From a virus, in IMG/VR virus record IMGVR_UViG_3300021962_000040, positions 1-64,000 of that record: 64,000 nt of DNA; one strand, given 5' to 3'. The stretch's first letter is position 1, and every line of letters starts with the position of its first letter. The notes below the pieces were generated by a model that did not search any database, was not told where the DNA came from, and saw nothing but the letters and a program-made list of their open reading frames with translations. Below are positions 1 to 9,760 of the stretch, in pieces. The position numbers and the translations under genes were made by a program.

Positions 1-612
1 CATTAATGTATCTACATTAATAACTCCTTGAAGAGTACCGCTCTCTAATGCATATGCAATATTAAGAGCCATACCTGTTATCATCCAGGAATCATATAGA
101 TTTGTTGTATTACAATTCCAAGCATTAACTTTTTTACTCCACTTGTCATCATAAATACATTCAAAGTTAGAGTTATCTACAGTAGGTATTCTACCAGATG
201 TGTCATCTATAACTTCATAATTCCAAAGTTTTGCTAAAAGAAGAGTAGATTTAATTGTTTCAGCATTATTAAGAGATTCATAAAAGTCTTCATGACTAAT
301 AATAAAATCTGCTTTTTCATAATCCCCAACAATTACAATGTCATGCTCTTTAGCAACAACTTTAATTCTATCTAGTGATACGGGACACTTAGGTAATACA
401 AAAGCCCTCTTAAAAGTTTTCCAACTAAATGTTGTTTCAGTTAAAAGTTTGTCTTTTATATACTCATACTTGTCCGGATCTTGAACACATAATACTGGAT
501 CAACAGTGTCAAGATTTGAAGAAGATAGCACCCCATATACAGGGGCACTATCTAATCCAAAGTGTTGTAATACTGTTTGATCTAAATCTTGATAAACAGA
601 TTTACTTGCCAT
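1..612 (-). CDS. hypothetical protein, partial (runs off window start); possible BRCT-like segment
   Basis: Manual translation from ATG 612 (TAATG overlap with the AAA gene stop): MASKSVYQDLDQTVLQHFG...RAFVLPKCPVSLDRIKVVAKEHDIVIVGDYEKADFIISH; frame appears open to position 1. Confidence 0.75.
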   Translation of the reverse strand, partial: MASKSVYQDLDQTVLQHFGLDSAPVYGVLSSSNLDTVDPVLCVQDPDKYEYIKDKLLTETTFSWKTFKRAFVLPKCPVSLDRIKVVAKEHDIVIVGDYEKADFIISHEDFYESLNNAETIKSTLLLAKLWNYEVIDDTSGRIPTVDNSNFECIYDDKWSKKVNAWNCNTTNLYDSWMITGMALNIAYALESGTLQGVINVDTLM

Positions 613-1883
613 TACTTCATTGTCATTTTGATGATATCTGGATTCATCATCATCTTGTTAAACTTCTGTTTGTTACCATTAAAGATTGTACGTACTACCA
701 AATACTTTAAGTCATTGGTGAAGTAATCCTTAGTAGAAAGAGAAATCAAACGGTCAGTTACTTTCTGACTAATTGTATTGTCTTTTGCATATACAACTGC
801 ATAGTTAGCCAAACGTGTTGCAAGAGTTGAAGCAATGTCCGCTCTGTAGTTATCACCACTACCAATACAAGACTTAAGTTCACCCAAGATGTATGACTCA
901 TTATCATGTGTCAACAAATCTTTAGGTGTAACCAGCTTGTCCAGTTTGTTATTAATAAATACAGTGAACATGCTTGCAAATGCATCTCCTACAGAACCTT
1001 CACCAATCATTTGGATCATACCTAAGTTATCCTCAAATGAATCAAAGCTAGAAATAGCATTGAAGAAAGTTGTAATAGATCTTGCATTAGTTTCAGTTGT
1101 AACTAATTCAGGATGCATCAACAAGAAGTTAATACAACGTGAGTCAATACCTGCTTCCTCTGCCCAACGTGCCCATACATTAATGTCAAACCTTAAGTTT
1201 GCAGTAATGTAACGTGTCTTTTGTGCAGCATCTACAGAATTAACCATGTAATCACCATTGTCCGGGTTTGATGTCAAGATGATGTGCCAATCTTTTGGAA
1301 GAGACCATGAGATATAAGTCTGACGGTCAATCAATTCCATAACCGCTTGAATAAATCTCACATCAGCACGGTTCCAGTCATCAAGTAATAGAATACCTCC
1401 TTCTTTTTTATCTGCAATCCATTCAGGAGCACAGTAAGACATTCTGTTCTTACCTGTCATCTTATATCCATTCTTTAGATATTCAGATACAGCAAGTTCA
1501 TCCACCCAAATTCCTACTTTCTTAACTACAGTTCCAGCCATGTTAGCTAGATCAGAAGAAGCTGCTGCTCTTTGAGCTGCTGTGTAATTTACTAAATCTG
1601 GAGAGTTTGTTGGCATAGCCTGTTCTTTGTACATCTGAAACTGACGTACAGGAAAACCTACTAAGTCACCAAGCTCCTCAATCTGTGCTAAGTTTAACTT
1701 TACAAAATTTAAATTGTGTTCTTGAGCAAGTTCAACAACTGTTGAAGTCTTACCAATACCTGATTCACCCATAACTTCAATAGCAACCGGTGGTTTGCCT
1801 TGAGCTTGCAAGAATCTGTTGTTGTTAATAATGTGGTTTACGAAACCTTTGAGATCATCAATGTTTAAATTTACTTGTGCCAT
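612..1883 (-). CDS. MoxR-like AAA+ ATPase
   Basis: Walker A GESGIGKT, Walker B LLLDDWNRA, sensor HIILTSNP, D.AQKTR arginine finger; adjacent to a vWA gene. Confidence 0.85.
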   Translation of the reverse strand: MAQVNLNIDDLKGFVNHIINNNRFLQAQGKPPVAIEVMGESGIGKTSTVVELAQEHNLNFVKLNLAQIEELGDLVGFPVRQFQMYKEQAMPTNSPDLVNYTAAQRAAASSDLANMAGTVVKKVGIWVDELAVSEYLKNGYKMTGKNRMSYCAPEWIADKKEGGILLLDDWNRADVRFIQAVMELIDRQTYISWSLPKDWHIILTSNPDNGDYMVNSVDAAQKTRYITANLRFDINVWARWAEEAGIDSRCINFLLMHPELVTTETNARSITTFFNAISSFDSFEDNLGMIQMIGEGSVGDAFASMFTVFINNKLDKLVTPKDLLTHDNESYILGELKSCIGSGDNYRADIASTLATRLANYAVVYAKDNTISQKVTDRLISLSTKDYFTNDLKYLVVRTIFNGNKQKFNKMMMNPDIIKMTMK

Positions 1884-1889
1884 AATTGA

Positions 1890-3050
1890 TTAGTTTAATT
1901 GAATTGTTTTACCAGGTAAATGTTCTGTCTTATGAGATCTGCTACTAAGAACCCATAAAGTATTCTTAGGACAGTTCTCAGGAGAACTACATTCACCATC
2001 TGTTAAATATATAAGAGCTGTATAACGCCCATGGTCATTAAAATGATTAATTACTGGTTGGAAATCAGTGCCTCCGCGGCCTTTGATGTTCCAATCTTTT
2101 TTAGGATTAAAGTCTTCAACAGAATTAATCTGAGTATCACACTGTGCAACTGTAATCTTGTGACCAGTCTTATGCATGTGATGTAACTCATTCATAAATT
2201 CTTTAAGTTCATCACTACTTACAGATCCAGATGTATCTACACCTACAAGTATGTGATTCTTATGTTTAATCTTCAATCCGGGATTCTCACTGTATCTTTT
2301 ATTATACTTTCTTCTGAGCTTCTTTGTAAAGACAATGGATGAATTCCCAACAAATCTTCTGAGATAAGCTTTCCAATCAAACTTTGGAGGTTCAATTGTA
2401 AAAAGTCTTCTAAATATCTCAGCTAACTCACCAGGTAAATGACCTTGTCTTTTCTCTGTTTGCTCAGCTGCCTCCTTAAGCTGATGATCAATCTGTTTTT
2501 CAATAAGCTTTTTTTCAGCTTCTGATAAATCATCAAACTCTTGCCAAGTCTTGTGATCATAAATACTTTCACCGTCCATTTGAGACATAATATTCTCAAG
2601 TGTTTCTGAAGTACCATTATCACGTGCTTGTTGAAGTAATTCATAATAAACTTTTGTACCGGCCTTAGCAGGAAGATTCAACTCTGGAAACTGGTCAAGA
2701 GTTAATCCACCTTCAGGTAAATATTTGCTATCAATATATTGATTGATCTCAAGATCAGCTGCAATATTAAATAGTCTGTGGTCCGGATACATATCCTTTA
2801 CAGTCAAGTGACCAAAAGCAATATGCAGAAGCTCATGCTTCAAAAGACCTGTTGTATGTTCTTCAGATAAGGGATCAACAAAATCTGGATTTATAGAAAG
2901 CTGTACACCAATACCGTGTTTACTAACACCTGCAGTAGGAATATCTTTTCTATATTTTTTGTTGAGACCAATCAAGAACAAACCATAAAAAGGTTCTGTG
3001 AATATCAATAGCTTAGAAGCCTTTGATATTTTGTCAATTACGTTTTGCAT
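1890..3050 (-). CDS. HExxH metallopeptidase-like plus vWA domain protein (DUF2201-like)
   Basis: LLKHELLH, NIAADLEINQ, MIDAS VGVDTSGS, GRGGTDFQP, LIYLTDGEC. Confidence 0.85.
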   Translation of the reverse strand: MQNVIDKISKASKLLIFTEPFYGLFLIGLNKKYRKDIPTAGVSKHGIGVQLSINPDFVDPLSEEHTTGLLKHELLHIAFGHLTVKDMYPDHRLFNIAADLEINQYIDSKYLPEGGLTLDQFPELNLPAKAGTKVYYELLQQARDNGTSETLENIMSQMDGESIYDHKTWQEFDDLSEAEKKLIEKQIDHQLKEAAEQTEKRQGHLPGELAEIFRRLFTIEPPKFDWKAYLRRFVGNSSIVFTKKLRRKYNKRYSENPGLKIKHKNHILVGVDTSGSVSSDELKEFMNELHHMHKTGHKITVAQCDTQINSVEDFNPKKDWNIKGRGGTDFQPVINHFNDHGRYTALIYLTDGECSSPENCPKNTLWVLSSRSHKTEHLPGKTIQLN

Positions 3051-3423
3051 TTTTAGGCCATTTAACTTTTACATGTACACCATCTATGGGTAGCCCAAGA
3101 CTATCCACTGAATTATAAACTAAATCTGTAACACAATTGAAGAAGTAAGTTTTCAATGTCTCATCTCCAATTAGTTCAGGATTAGTTTTAATTTCATCAT
3201 AGATGTTATCAAAACTCAATAAACTTAGATTATCAAATCCAAATTTGTTTAGGTAATCACGTCTCCTATGAGACTGGATACCTTTAGAAAGAAGTTTTAC
3301 ATACACTGAATCCAAGTTTAAGTTTATGATATTACTTACAGCAATCTCAAAATCTTCTTTCCCGGCATTAAGCATGCGTTGTAACTCCAACAATTCTGCT
3401 AGTTCTAATTTTGTATCAATCAT
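3034..3423 (-). CDS. hypothetical protein
   Basis: 129 aa ORF overlapping both neighbours in the operon. Confidence 0.7.
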   Translation of the reverse strand: MIDTKLELAELLELQRMLNAGKEDFEIAVSNIINLNLDSVYVKLLSKGIQSHRRRDYLNKFGFDNLSLLSFDNIYDEIKTNPELIGDETLKTYFFNCVTDLVYNSVDSLGLPIDGVHVKVKWPKNAKRN

Positions 3424-3763
3424 TTATTTCTAATGTTTTCTTCATCCAGTCTGGACGAACCTTGGAATTTAACTGAACTATCCATTCTTTTGCAGAAGGA
3501 ATGTAATTGTTACAATCCTCCTTAACATGTTGTTCTCCAACATATCTTGTGTATACTGTTTTACCATCTGAGTTGATAAAACTTTTTCCAAATAATTTTT
3601 CTGCTTCAAAGATCCCTTCAGAATGGTGACGGAAAAGCCTATGATTTGAATGACCAAGCCAAGACTTGGTTTCATCAAACCACTCATGAATATGTAAATA
3701 ATCTTCAGGTTTTCCTCCCCATTTCCTTGCAGAGCTTTTAGCGTGCAAGTTTGGATGGGCCAT
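3416..3763 (-). CDS. His-rich conserved protein (DUF6915-like)
   Basis: MAHP..HAKSSARKWGG..DY..IH.WFD.TK...HR.FRHH.EGIF..E..FG...VGEQHVKED pattern. Confidence 0.7.
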   Translation of the reverse strand: MAHPNLHAKSSARKWGGKPEDYLHIHEWFDETKSWLGHSNHRLFRHHSEGIFEAEKLFGKSFINSDGKTVYTRYVGEQHVKEDCNNYIPSAKEWIVQLNSKVRPDWMKKTLEIND

Positions 3764-4143
3764 TAAATATCAAATATAGATAGATCTTCCCAAGAGTATT
3801 CTTCTACAGTTCTCTGACTATACTCTACATTAGCAGTCATAGTATCAAGATCAATAGTAATATTACCAAAACCACCCTCATTGTTATACCAATCAGCACC
3901 TTCAATGGCGTCATCAATAAACTCATAGCAGTCATTTTGTAATAAGTTATACTCATGATCAGTCATGTATGAATTACTAACCATATCTCTTGAGTAATGA
4001 TATTTTCCTGTGACATCATAATATAGTAAGTCATCAATATCACCACTATCTCCTGATCCAGAGAAAGTAATCTCTATTTTATTTATTCCTTTGTCTTTTA
4101 GCTTTACCAGAATTGGTAGGATTTGTTGTGATAGTTTTGCCAT
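3763..4143 (-). CDS. conserved protein (DUF6878-like)
   Basis: ITFSGSGDSGDI and WYNNEGGFG motifs; translationally coupled to the DUF6915-like gene. Confidence 0.65.
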   Translation of the reverse strand: MAKLSQQILPILVKLKDKGINKIEITFSGSGDSGDIDDLLYYDVTGKYHYSRDMVSNSYMTDHEYNLLQNDCYEFIDDAIEGADWYNNEGGFGNITIDLDTMTANVEYSQRTVEEYSWEDLSIFDI

Positions 4144-4507
4144 TAGGATTTATTTCAATTATTACTCCTGGATTTACCTTGTCATATTGATAATCAAAAA
4201 ACACAGGTTTAATGAAATCAACATTGTCATCTTCTATCCAACCAAATGTGACCATGTCATCTTGAACGGTCTGGGCTGGATTAATATAGTCAAACTTATG
4301 TTTGGTACCTCTAATAAATGTAAGGCCTATTTCCACAGGAAGTGTGTGTTTAGCTAATTCAGCTTTGAATGCATCAGCATATTGTACATAATAATTCTTT
4401 GCAGTCTTTCTGTAATTAACTACTGTTTTACTGGCAATAAAATATTTGCCGGTCCAACGTCTACCATTCTTTGATGATGGTACGTTTCCTGGTATAAAAA
4501 ACTTCAT
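4079..4507 (-). CDS. rusA: RusA-like Holliday junction resolvase
   Basis: PGNVPSSKN, FDYINPAQTVQDDM...WIEDDN acidic catalytic pattern. Confidence 0.7.
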   Translation of the reverse strand: MKFFIPGNVPSSKNGRRWTGKYFIASKTVVNYRKTAKNYYVQYADAFKAELAKHTLPVEIGLTFIRGTKHKFDYINPAQTVQDDMVTFGWIEDDNVDFIKPVFFDYQYDKVNPGVIIEINPNGKTITTNPTNSGKAKRQRNK

Positions 4508-5484
4508 ACTTTATATAATGCTTCCTTTAAAAGCGGTTTTAAATGTTGATGTGTTTGTTCAAAGCCATGTTCTTTAACGGCATCTGATATGTCTTTGCAT
4601 ATAGTTAGGGCTGTTCCATTGATATTATATGCTTTTGCATATCTTTCAATAGCCTTATGTCCTGCATCATCATTATCAAATAAAGTTATTATCTTCTTGT
4701 ACTTTGTCTTAAGATTCTCAATGATATAAGCTTTAATAACTGTATTCTCACTGTCCGGTGCTATAACCTCTATGTTATAACCAAATCCTTTTAAGCACAT
4801 TGCATCTTTCAATGAAGAGCAAATAACTAAATAGGGTTGGTCATACTTAAGTTGATCAAGACCTTGAATGTGTGATTTAAGCTTATGGAACTTGTGCTTC
4901 TTCTTAAATGGTTGATAGATCTTATATGGGTTACCGTCTTTATCACAGTAAGCATAGATGTGCTCACCTTCAATTTTTAATTTACTGACAGTACCATCTT
5001 CTTCCTTAATCATATTATAATACTCAACAGGCTTGACATTAAATTCTTCAAGCATTGTCTTTCCTATTCTATAACTTAACCAATAAGCAGAGTCTAAAGT
5101 ATTCCATTCTCTTGGATTAACATAATCCAGTTCCCACTTAGTGTGTGGGTTAAGCTCAACAGATTCTTGACCTTGATTCTTTATAAAGACATTATAATCA
5201 TGGACAAGTTTATCACATGCTGTGGCATAATCAATGCCAAATAGCTCCATGACAATGGTAATCTTGTTACCAAACTTACCAGTTGAGAAATCTTTAAATA
5301 AATACTGCCTCTGTACTTTATCTACATAAATGCAGAAACTAGGAGTCCTTTCTGAAGGATTCCATGCAGATTTAATTTTGATATCCTGACCTGTAAGTTT
5401 TTCATTAAGACCTAAGTAATACTGAAAAGCCCAATAGCTTGGAACCTGGTTTACTTCAACAATAACGTTTTTTGTACTGAACAT
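4504..5484 (-). CDS. dnaG: DNA primase (crAss type, TOPRIM)
   Basis: Degenerate Zn-ribbon N-terminus (SERTPSF...FKDFSTG), SSLKDAMCL, TOPRIM LFDNDDAG, KDISD. Confidence 0.85.
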   Translation of the reverse strand: MFSTKNVIVEVNQVPSYWAFQYYLGLNEKLTGQDIKIKSAWNPSERTPSFCIYVDKVQRQYLFKDFSTGKFGNKITIVMELFGIDYATACDKLVHDYNVFIKNQGQESVELNPHTKWELDYVNPREWNTLDSAYWLSYRIGKTMLEEFNVKPVEYYNMIKEEDGTVSKLKIEGEHIYAYCDKDGNPYKIYQPFKKKHKFHKLKSHIQGLDQLKYDQPYLVICSSLKDAMCLKGFGYNIEVIAPDSENTVIKAYIIENLKTKYKKIITLFDNDDAGHKAIERYAKAYNINGTALTICKDISDAVKEHGFEQTHQHLKPLLKEALYKV

Positions 5485-5518
5485 AAATTAAAGAGGGAAG
5501 GCCCGGAGGCCCTCCCTT
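5485..5518 (-). terminator. intrinsic terminator-like hairpin between SSB-like gene and primase
   Basis: Minus strand AGGGAGGGCC-TCCG-GGCCTTCCCT followed by CTTTAATTT. Confidence 0.65.
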
Positions 5519-5535
5519 ATTTAACTGATTACTAA

Positions 5536-6201
5536 TTATAGATCAAAATCATCTCCTGAGTTACCTGAAGTAGGCTCAAACCCAGAAGTTGCTGCTGCTT
5601 CTTTTTTAACAAGCTTTCTTACATGCTCATCATAATTGAAGGTCAACAATCTACCTGCAGTAGAACCAACTGCTTCAAGTGGTAAACCTGTCTTAGATAA
5701 ACGTGGCAAATGTAAATCTACATTTACATAACCATCATTATTTTCCCACTCACGGCCACCAATACAAGCATTAATGTACTCAGTATTTTTGAAGATTTGC
5801 TTACATGCATTTGAAAACTGCTCAAGTGAGTTAGCTTCAATCATATCTACTTCATCTCTCTTACCGGTAACATCTGCTAAGAAAGCAATTGCTTTTACCA
5901 TCTCATCTGCAGCTACAATCTTTCTACCTGTAGGAAGAGTTGTATCTTTATAAGGATAAGGAGACATTCTAACACGTCCAACCTGACCTTGATAACGTGG
6001 TCCATTCTGATTGTCTGCATCTACCAAGAAACCTTGGAATTCTCCACCAACTGGTTCTGTTTCTACATTTAAAATGATATTAAATGCTTGTGGATCATAA
6101 GGGGTAGCATCAAAGCTCAAACTGTTGATTTTTACTTTGTGATTACCTGGTCCAATTACTGGACTTACTCTGTTTGCTGAAACGTTTTTTGTACTAAACA
6201 T
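5536..6201 (-). CDS. putative single-stranded DNA-binding protein
   Basis: PG.H.VKI N-terminal motif, acidic/aromatic tail SGDDFDL, located between AAA_24 and primase. Confidence 0.55.
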   Translation of the reverse strand: MFSTKNVSANRVSPVIGPGNHKVKINSLSFDATPYDPQAFNIILNVETEPVGGEFQGFLVDADNQNGPRYQGQVGRVRMSPYPYKDTTLPTGRKIVAADEMVKAIAFLADVTGKRDEVDMIEANSLEQFSNACKQIFKNTEYINACIGGREWENNDGYVNVDLHLPRLSKTGLPLEAVGSTAGRLLTFNYDEHVRKLVKKEAAATSGFEPTSGNSGDDFDL

Positions 6202-6229
6202 GTGATTTGATTTTTAAAATTTAAAGTTA

Positions 6230-6916
6230 CTATTCATTTTCATACTTCTGGATACATTCTTTAACAAGTTGAAGATCATTTTCAATGAACTCCTCCTCAA
6301 ACATACCCATTGGGGATTTACAGGTATTCTCACCATCTGTTTGTGTTGCAAACACATAGTTAAGCTTACCATCATCTTCTTTAATTACTCTACCAAATAA
6401 AACAATTGAAAACAAACCTTCTAATGTAAGAGAGTTGTCAATCATTTTACCTACAGTTTTGGCTTTGATTCTACGTTTACCATTGATATCAGTGCTATCC
6501 TCTGAGTGTGTTAAAAAGAACACATAGAGATCATCTCTGAGATCTTTTGGTGCTTTAGCAACTGCTGCAAGATTTGCTGCAATAGAAGTAAATTTATCAT
6601 AACCCTTCTCAGCTGCTTTGTCAAAGTATTCAAAGCTTGACATATATTGCCAGTCATCAATAACTAAGTTCTTGATGTGTGGCATCTTCTCACTAACATG
6701 CAACATTGCTTTCAATACACCTGGACCAGAGGAAACACTCAATAGATTTCCTTTAGGATTTTCTTTATCCAAAGCTGTGTATTTGCTTTTCCAACCTTTA
6801 AAAGGTAAAGGTTTGTTAGCAATGTTAATGATTACCGTTTCACTAGGATTTAAGTTCCTAATGGATGTTGATTTACCTGAGCCTGACTCAGCAATTACTA
6901 ATACACTTTGTGCCAT
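6230..6916 (-). CDS. AAA_24 / Sak4-like ATPase
   Basis: AESGSGKSTS, LVIDDWQY, FFLTHSE, KTVGKMID, EGLFSIVL, CKSPMGMF. Confidence 0.8.
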   Translation of the reverse strand: MAQSVLVIAESGSGKSTSIRNLNPSETVIINIANKPLPFKGWKSKYTALDKENPKGNLLSVSSGPGVLKAMLHVSEKMPHIKNLVIDDWQYMSSFEYFDKAAEKGYDKFTSIAANLAAVAKAPKDLRDDLYVFFLTHSEDSTDINGKRRIKAKTVGKMIDNSLTLEGLFSIVLFGRVIKEDDGKLNYVFATQTDGENTCKSPMGMFEEEFIENDLQLVKECIQKYENE

Positions 6917-6934
6917 ATTTACTTGATTTACTGT

Positions 6935-7468
6935 TTACTTTTTCTTTTCTAGTCTGCTTTCAATTCTTTCTATTGCATTGGCAATTCTGTCTAAAGCATC
7001 AACTATACCTCTGTAAGAGAACTTCTCATCTGGATCAGGTAATTCTTGAAGATTCAAGATTTCCTTTACTTCAGAAGCATGTCTGTTAGAAGCATCATTA
7101 ATAACTTTCAATTCAGCTACAGGGATCAAGTATCTTTCAAAGCCTGCATTAGAAGTAGTAAGTTCATACTCTTCTTTCCAATATGGATTATTCTTTAGAA
7201 GATACAATGTTCTTTTTGGATCTTCAGAATCATAATCAATACTTACAAACTCAGTATAGATATCCTGACTTTTTTGTAATTCACTAGGAAAGAAACTGAT
7301 ATACAAATCATCTTTCCCTGGGGGTCTATAAGCCATCTTTGGAATAAACAAAGCATCTGGCATTCCTGAAGCATCAAAGTAATCTTGATGTTCAGATCTT
7401 AATAAATTGACTTTTGATTTTCTTTCTTCTGGAGTCATTTGTTTTTCTTGATTTTTAGTACTTATCAT
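6935..7468 (-). CDS. hypothetical replication-module protein
   Basis: 177 aa ORF with ATGA overlap with dnaB; starts MISTKN. Confidence 0.75.
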   Translation of the reverse strand: MISTKNQEKQMTPEERKSKVNLLRSEHQDYFDASGMPDALFIPKMAYRPPGKDDLYISFFPSELQKSQDIYTEFVSIDYDSEDPKRTLYLLKNNPYWKEEYELTTSNAGFERYLIPVAELKVINDASNRHASEVKEILNLQELPDPDEKFSYRGIVDALDRIANAIERIESRLEKKK

Positions 7469-8418
7469 CGGGTTTGTGTTGGAGGAGTTGGCATTTCCAT
7501 AATTTCCATTTGTGCAAATAAGCCTTTGAAAAAGCTCATTCTTGTATCACCATTACGTGCTTTTAAGAAATGTAGAACCAAAGTTGCATCATCTTCAATG
7601 ATATATCTATCAGGACCATAATATCTAATCTTTTGTTTAGCAGGTCTATTAATACCAATCAAAGTATCAGCATGCTGTAACATTGCATCTGAACCAAATA
7701 TATCTGATTCTAATATGTAGTTACCATACTTCCCATCTACAGCTCTATCTGGATTATCAATATTTCTATTAAGTTGTGAAAGCACAATAAATAGAACAGG
7801 GTAATCCCTCTTTGTTTGTGTAAAAAATTCTCCTAGCTCAAATAGCATATCTAAGCTATTGTTTTGATAAGGTGCTCTCTTTACCAACATTGTGTGGTCA
7901 AGAGTTATAATAGTCTTCTGTCCTTTATGAGCATCCATGTACATATCAATCTGCTCACGCATTTGATTGACAGTCATAGGTGTACTAATAATATCAACAG
8001 GATACTTAACTCTTCCTTTTGCATACTCATGACATTTGTTCAAGACATCATTAGTTAGTTTAGAACCGGCACTACATAATTCTTTGTATGTTTTACCAGT
8101 GATTGATGAGAACTCTCTTAAAGCAGATGTTCTACCAACCATCTCAAACTGAAATTCTAAAGCTCTGAAATCATCATTGGGATTCAGTGAAAATGATTCC
8201 CTGATAATCTGATCTTTAATTAGAGTTTTACCTGAACCAGGTCTTCCTCCTATTACAGTAAGTGTATTCCATTCTAAACCATCTGTTGTAGCATCATTGA
8301 ACTTGGGCCATGGTGTATATATAGACTTTTCAAGTCCAGCAGATCTTTTCTGCATATACTTAAGGGCTTCATTGAATGAAGCATATTGCCCGTTCCAGGC
8401 TTTTTCTGGTTTACTCAT
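7465..8418 (-). CDS. dnaB: DnaB-like replicative helicase (C-terminal RecA-fold domain only)
   Basis: GGRPGSGKT, FQFEM, TLDH, LSQLNR, SDIFGSD, FLKARNG. Confidence 0.9.
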   Translation of the reverse strand: MSKPEKAWNGQYASFNEALKYMQKRSAGLEKSIYTPWPKFNDATTDGLEWNTLTVIGGRPGSGKTLIKDQIIRESFSLNPNDDFRALEFQFEMVGRTSALREFSSITGKTYKELCSAGSKLTNDVLNKCHEYAKGRVKYPVDIISTPMTVNQMREQIDMYMDAHKGQKTIITLDHTMLVKRAPYQNNSLDMLFELGEFFTQTKRDYPVLFIVLSQLNRNIDNPDRAVDGKYGNYILESDIFGSDAMLQHADTLIGINRPAKQKIRYYGPDRYIIEDDATLVLHFLKARNGDTRMSFFKGLFAQMEIMEMPTPPTQTR

Positions 8419-9020
8419 ACTACTCTTTCTGTAAAATGCTGTGTATCAGTTTGAACTCCATCTCTTACCATATCACAATAGTCAGCTAGTGTAGACTTTT
8501 TGACTTTGTGTTTGTCTTGTTTTGCAATGAAGTATTGACTTGTTTGCATATAGAGATAATTATTTGCTCTGTATTCATCAACATACATCTTAGTTGCTTT
8601 GTGTACTTCCTCCCAAGTATAATCAAATGCTTCAAAGAACCATCTAAATGATTCTCCAAGAGCCTTTGTATTATTTCTTGCTGGCATACCGCTTGGTAAC
8701 TTACCTTTTGGAAAGGTGTCTCTGTACAACTCAATCTGTTGTACAAATTCTTTTCCCATCAGTTGGATGTTAGTTTTCTTTTTAGCCTTAACAAAATAAT
8801 TATCTAATAAATAAATGAATGCCATACCCTTTTCTGTGATAGTTATTACTCTACCAGTATCACTCAAATCATATGTAATAAACTCAGCATTAATGAGTTC
8901 ATGTATACAATCTTCATGCTTTACAAAAGGACATTGAACATTTTCTCTGACAGAATATAAGAACAAGCACGTGTTGGGTGTAATCTTATATTCTAGTATT
9001 TTCTGTAATAGTTCCCACAT
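8415..9020 (-). CDS. hypothetical protein (possible winged-helix replication/helicase-loading factor)
   Basis: Coupled upstream of dnaB; LINAEFI...ITITEKG wing-like motif. Confidence 0.6.
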   Translation of the reverse strand: MWELLQKILEYKITPNTCLFLYSVRENVQCPFVKHEDCIHELINAEFITYDLSDTGRVITITEKGMAFIYLLDNYFVKAKKKTNIQLMGKEFVQQIELYRDTFPKGKLPSGMPARNNTKALGESFRWFFEAFDYTWEEVHKATKMYVDEYRANNYLYMQTSQYFIAKQDKHKVKKSTLADYCDMVRDGVQTDTQHFTERVV

Positions 9021-9036
9021 TTTTTAGCTATCAAAT

Positions 9037-9735
9037 TTACCAAATTATACTCTCTTTTCCAAGCTTATTGAGCTTTTTGTTTATAGTGTTGAAAAGATCA
9101 TTGCTATCCCAATGACCTCCAGTGTATGCAGCTGATGCAGGATGGCTAACCCGGATAACATCCAGATTATTAAGGTATTGTGACCATTCTTCAGCTTTCT
9201 TACCGAGAAGAACGGCTATACAATCCTTATGACGTCTATTAACATAATCAAGGAAGAATGCAGTAAAGCCTTTCCATATATGATAATGAGAACCAATCTC
9301 TCCAACTCTACAAGTAAGTGCTGTATTCAGCATAATTATACCCTGTCGGGTCCATCTTTGCAGGTTTGGGTCTCTTTCATACCCTTCCGGGTATAATTTT
9401 TCCACCTCACTAAAGATATGTCTTAATGAGGGTTGTTCTTTCATTGTTTTACTACAACTAAATGATATTCCATCAGCAACTCCTGCTTGAGGATAAGGAT
9501 CTTGACCAATCATAATAACTTTCACATTATTAGAAGGACATGTAAGAATACCATTAAATGCTTCACTTATTTTTGGTGTGAATTTATGACCAAGTGTGTG
9601 TTCTTGAATTAATTCTTCCATCAAAATTTGAAACTCAAATTGATCCAGGAAGAACTCTAAAGCCTTCCAGTCATGAGCAATCATGATCTTTGAAAGTTTT
9701 TCTTTAATGTCTGTGATGTTTATTGTTTTTTCCAT
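9037..9735 (-). CDS. ung: uracil-DNA glycosylase, family 1
   Basis: VKVIMIGQDPY, ADGISFS, QPSL, QGIIMLN, SH, HPAS. Confidence 0.92.
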   Translation of the reverse strand: MEKTINITDIKEKLSKIMIAHDWKALEFFLDQFEFQILMEELIQEHTLGHKFTPKISEAFNGILTCPSNNVKVIMIGQDPYPQAGVADGISFSCSKTMKEQPSLRHIFSEVEKLYPEGYERDPNLQRWTRQGIIMLNTALTCRVGEIGSHYHIWKGFTAFFLDYVNRRHKDCIAVLLGKKAEEWSQYLNNLDVIRVSHPASAAYTGGHWDSNDLFNTINKKLNKLGKESIIW

Positions 9736-9742
9736 ATATTTG
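9735..9742 (+). promoter_or_regulatory. Bacteroidota sigma-A -7 element TATATTTG
   Basis: TAnnTTTG consensus ending 18 nt before ATG 9761; overlaps the ung start codon on the opposite strand. Confidence 0.55.
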
Positions 9743-9760
9743 CTTTTAAATCATACAATT

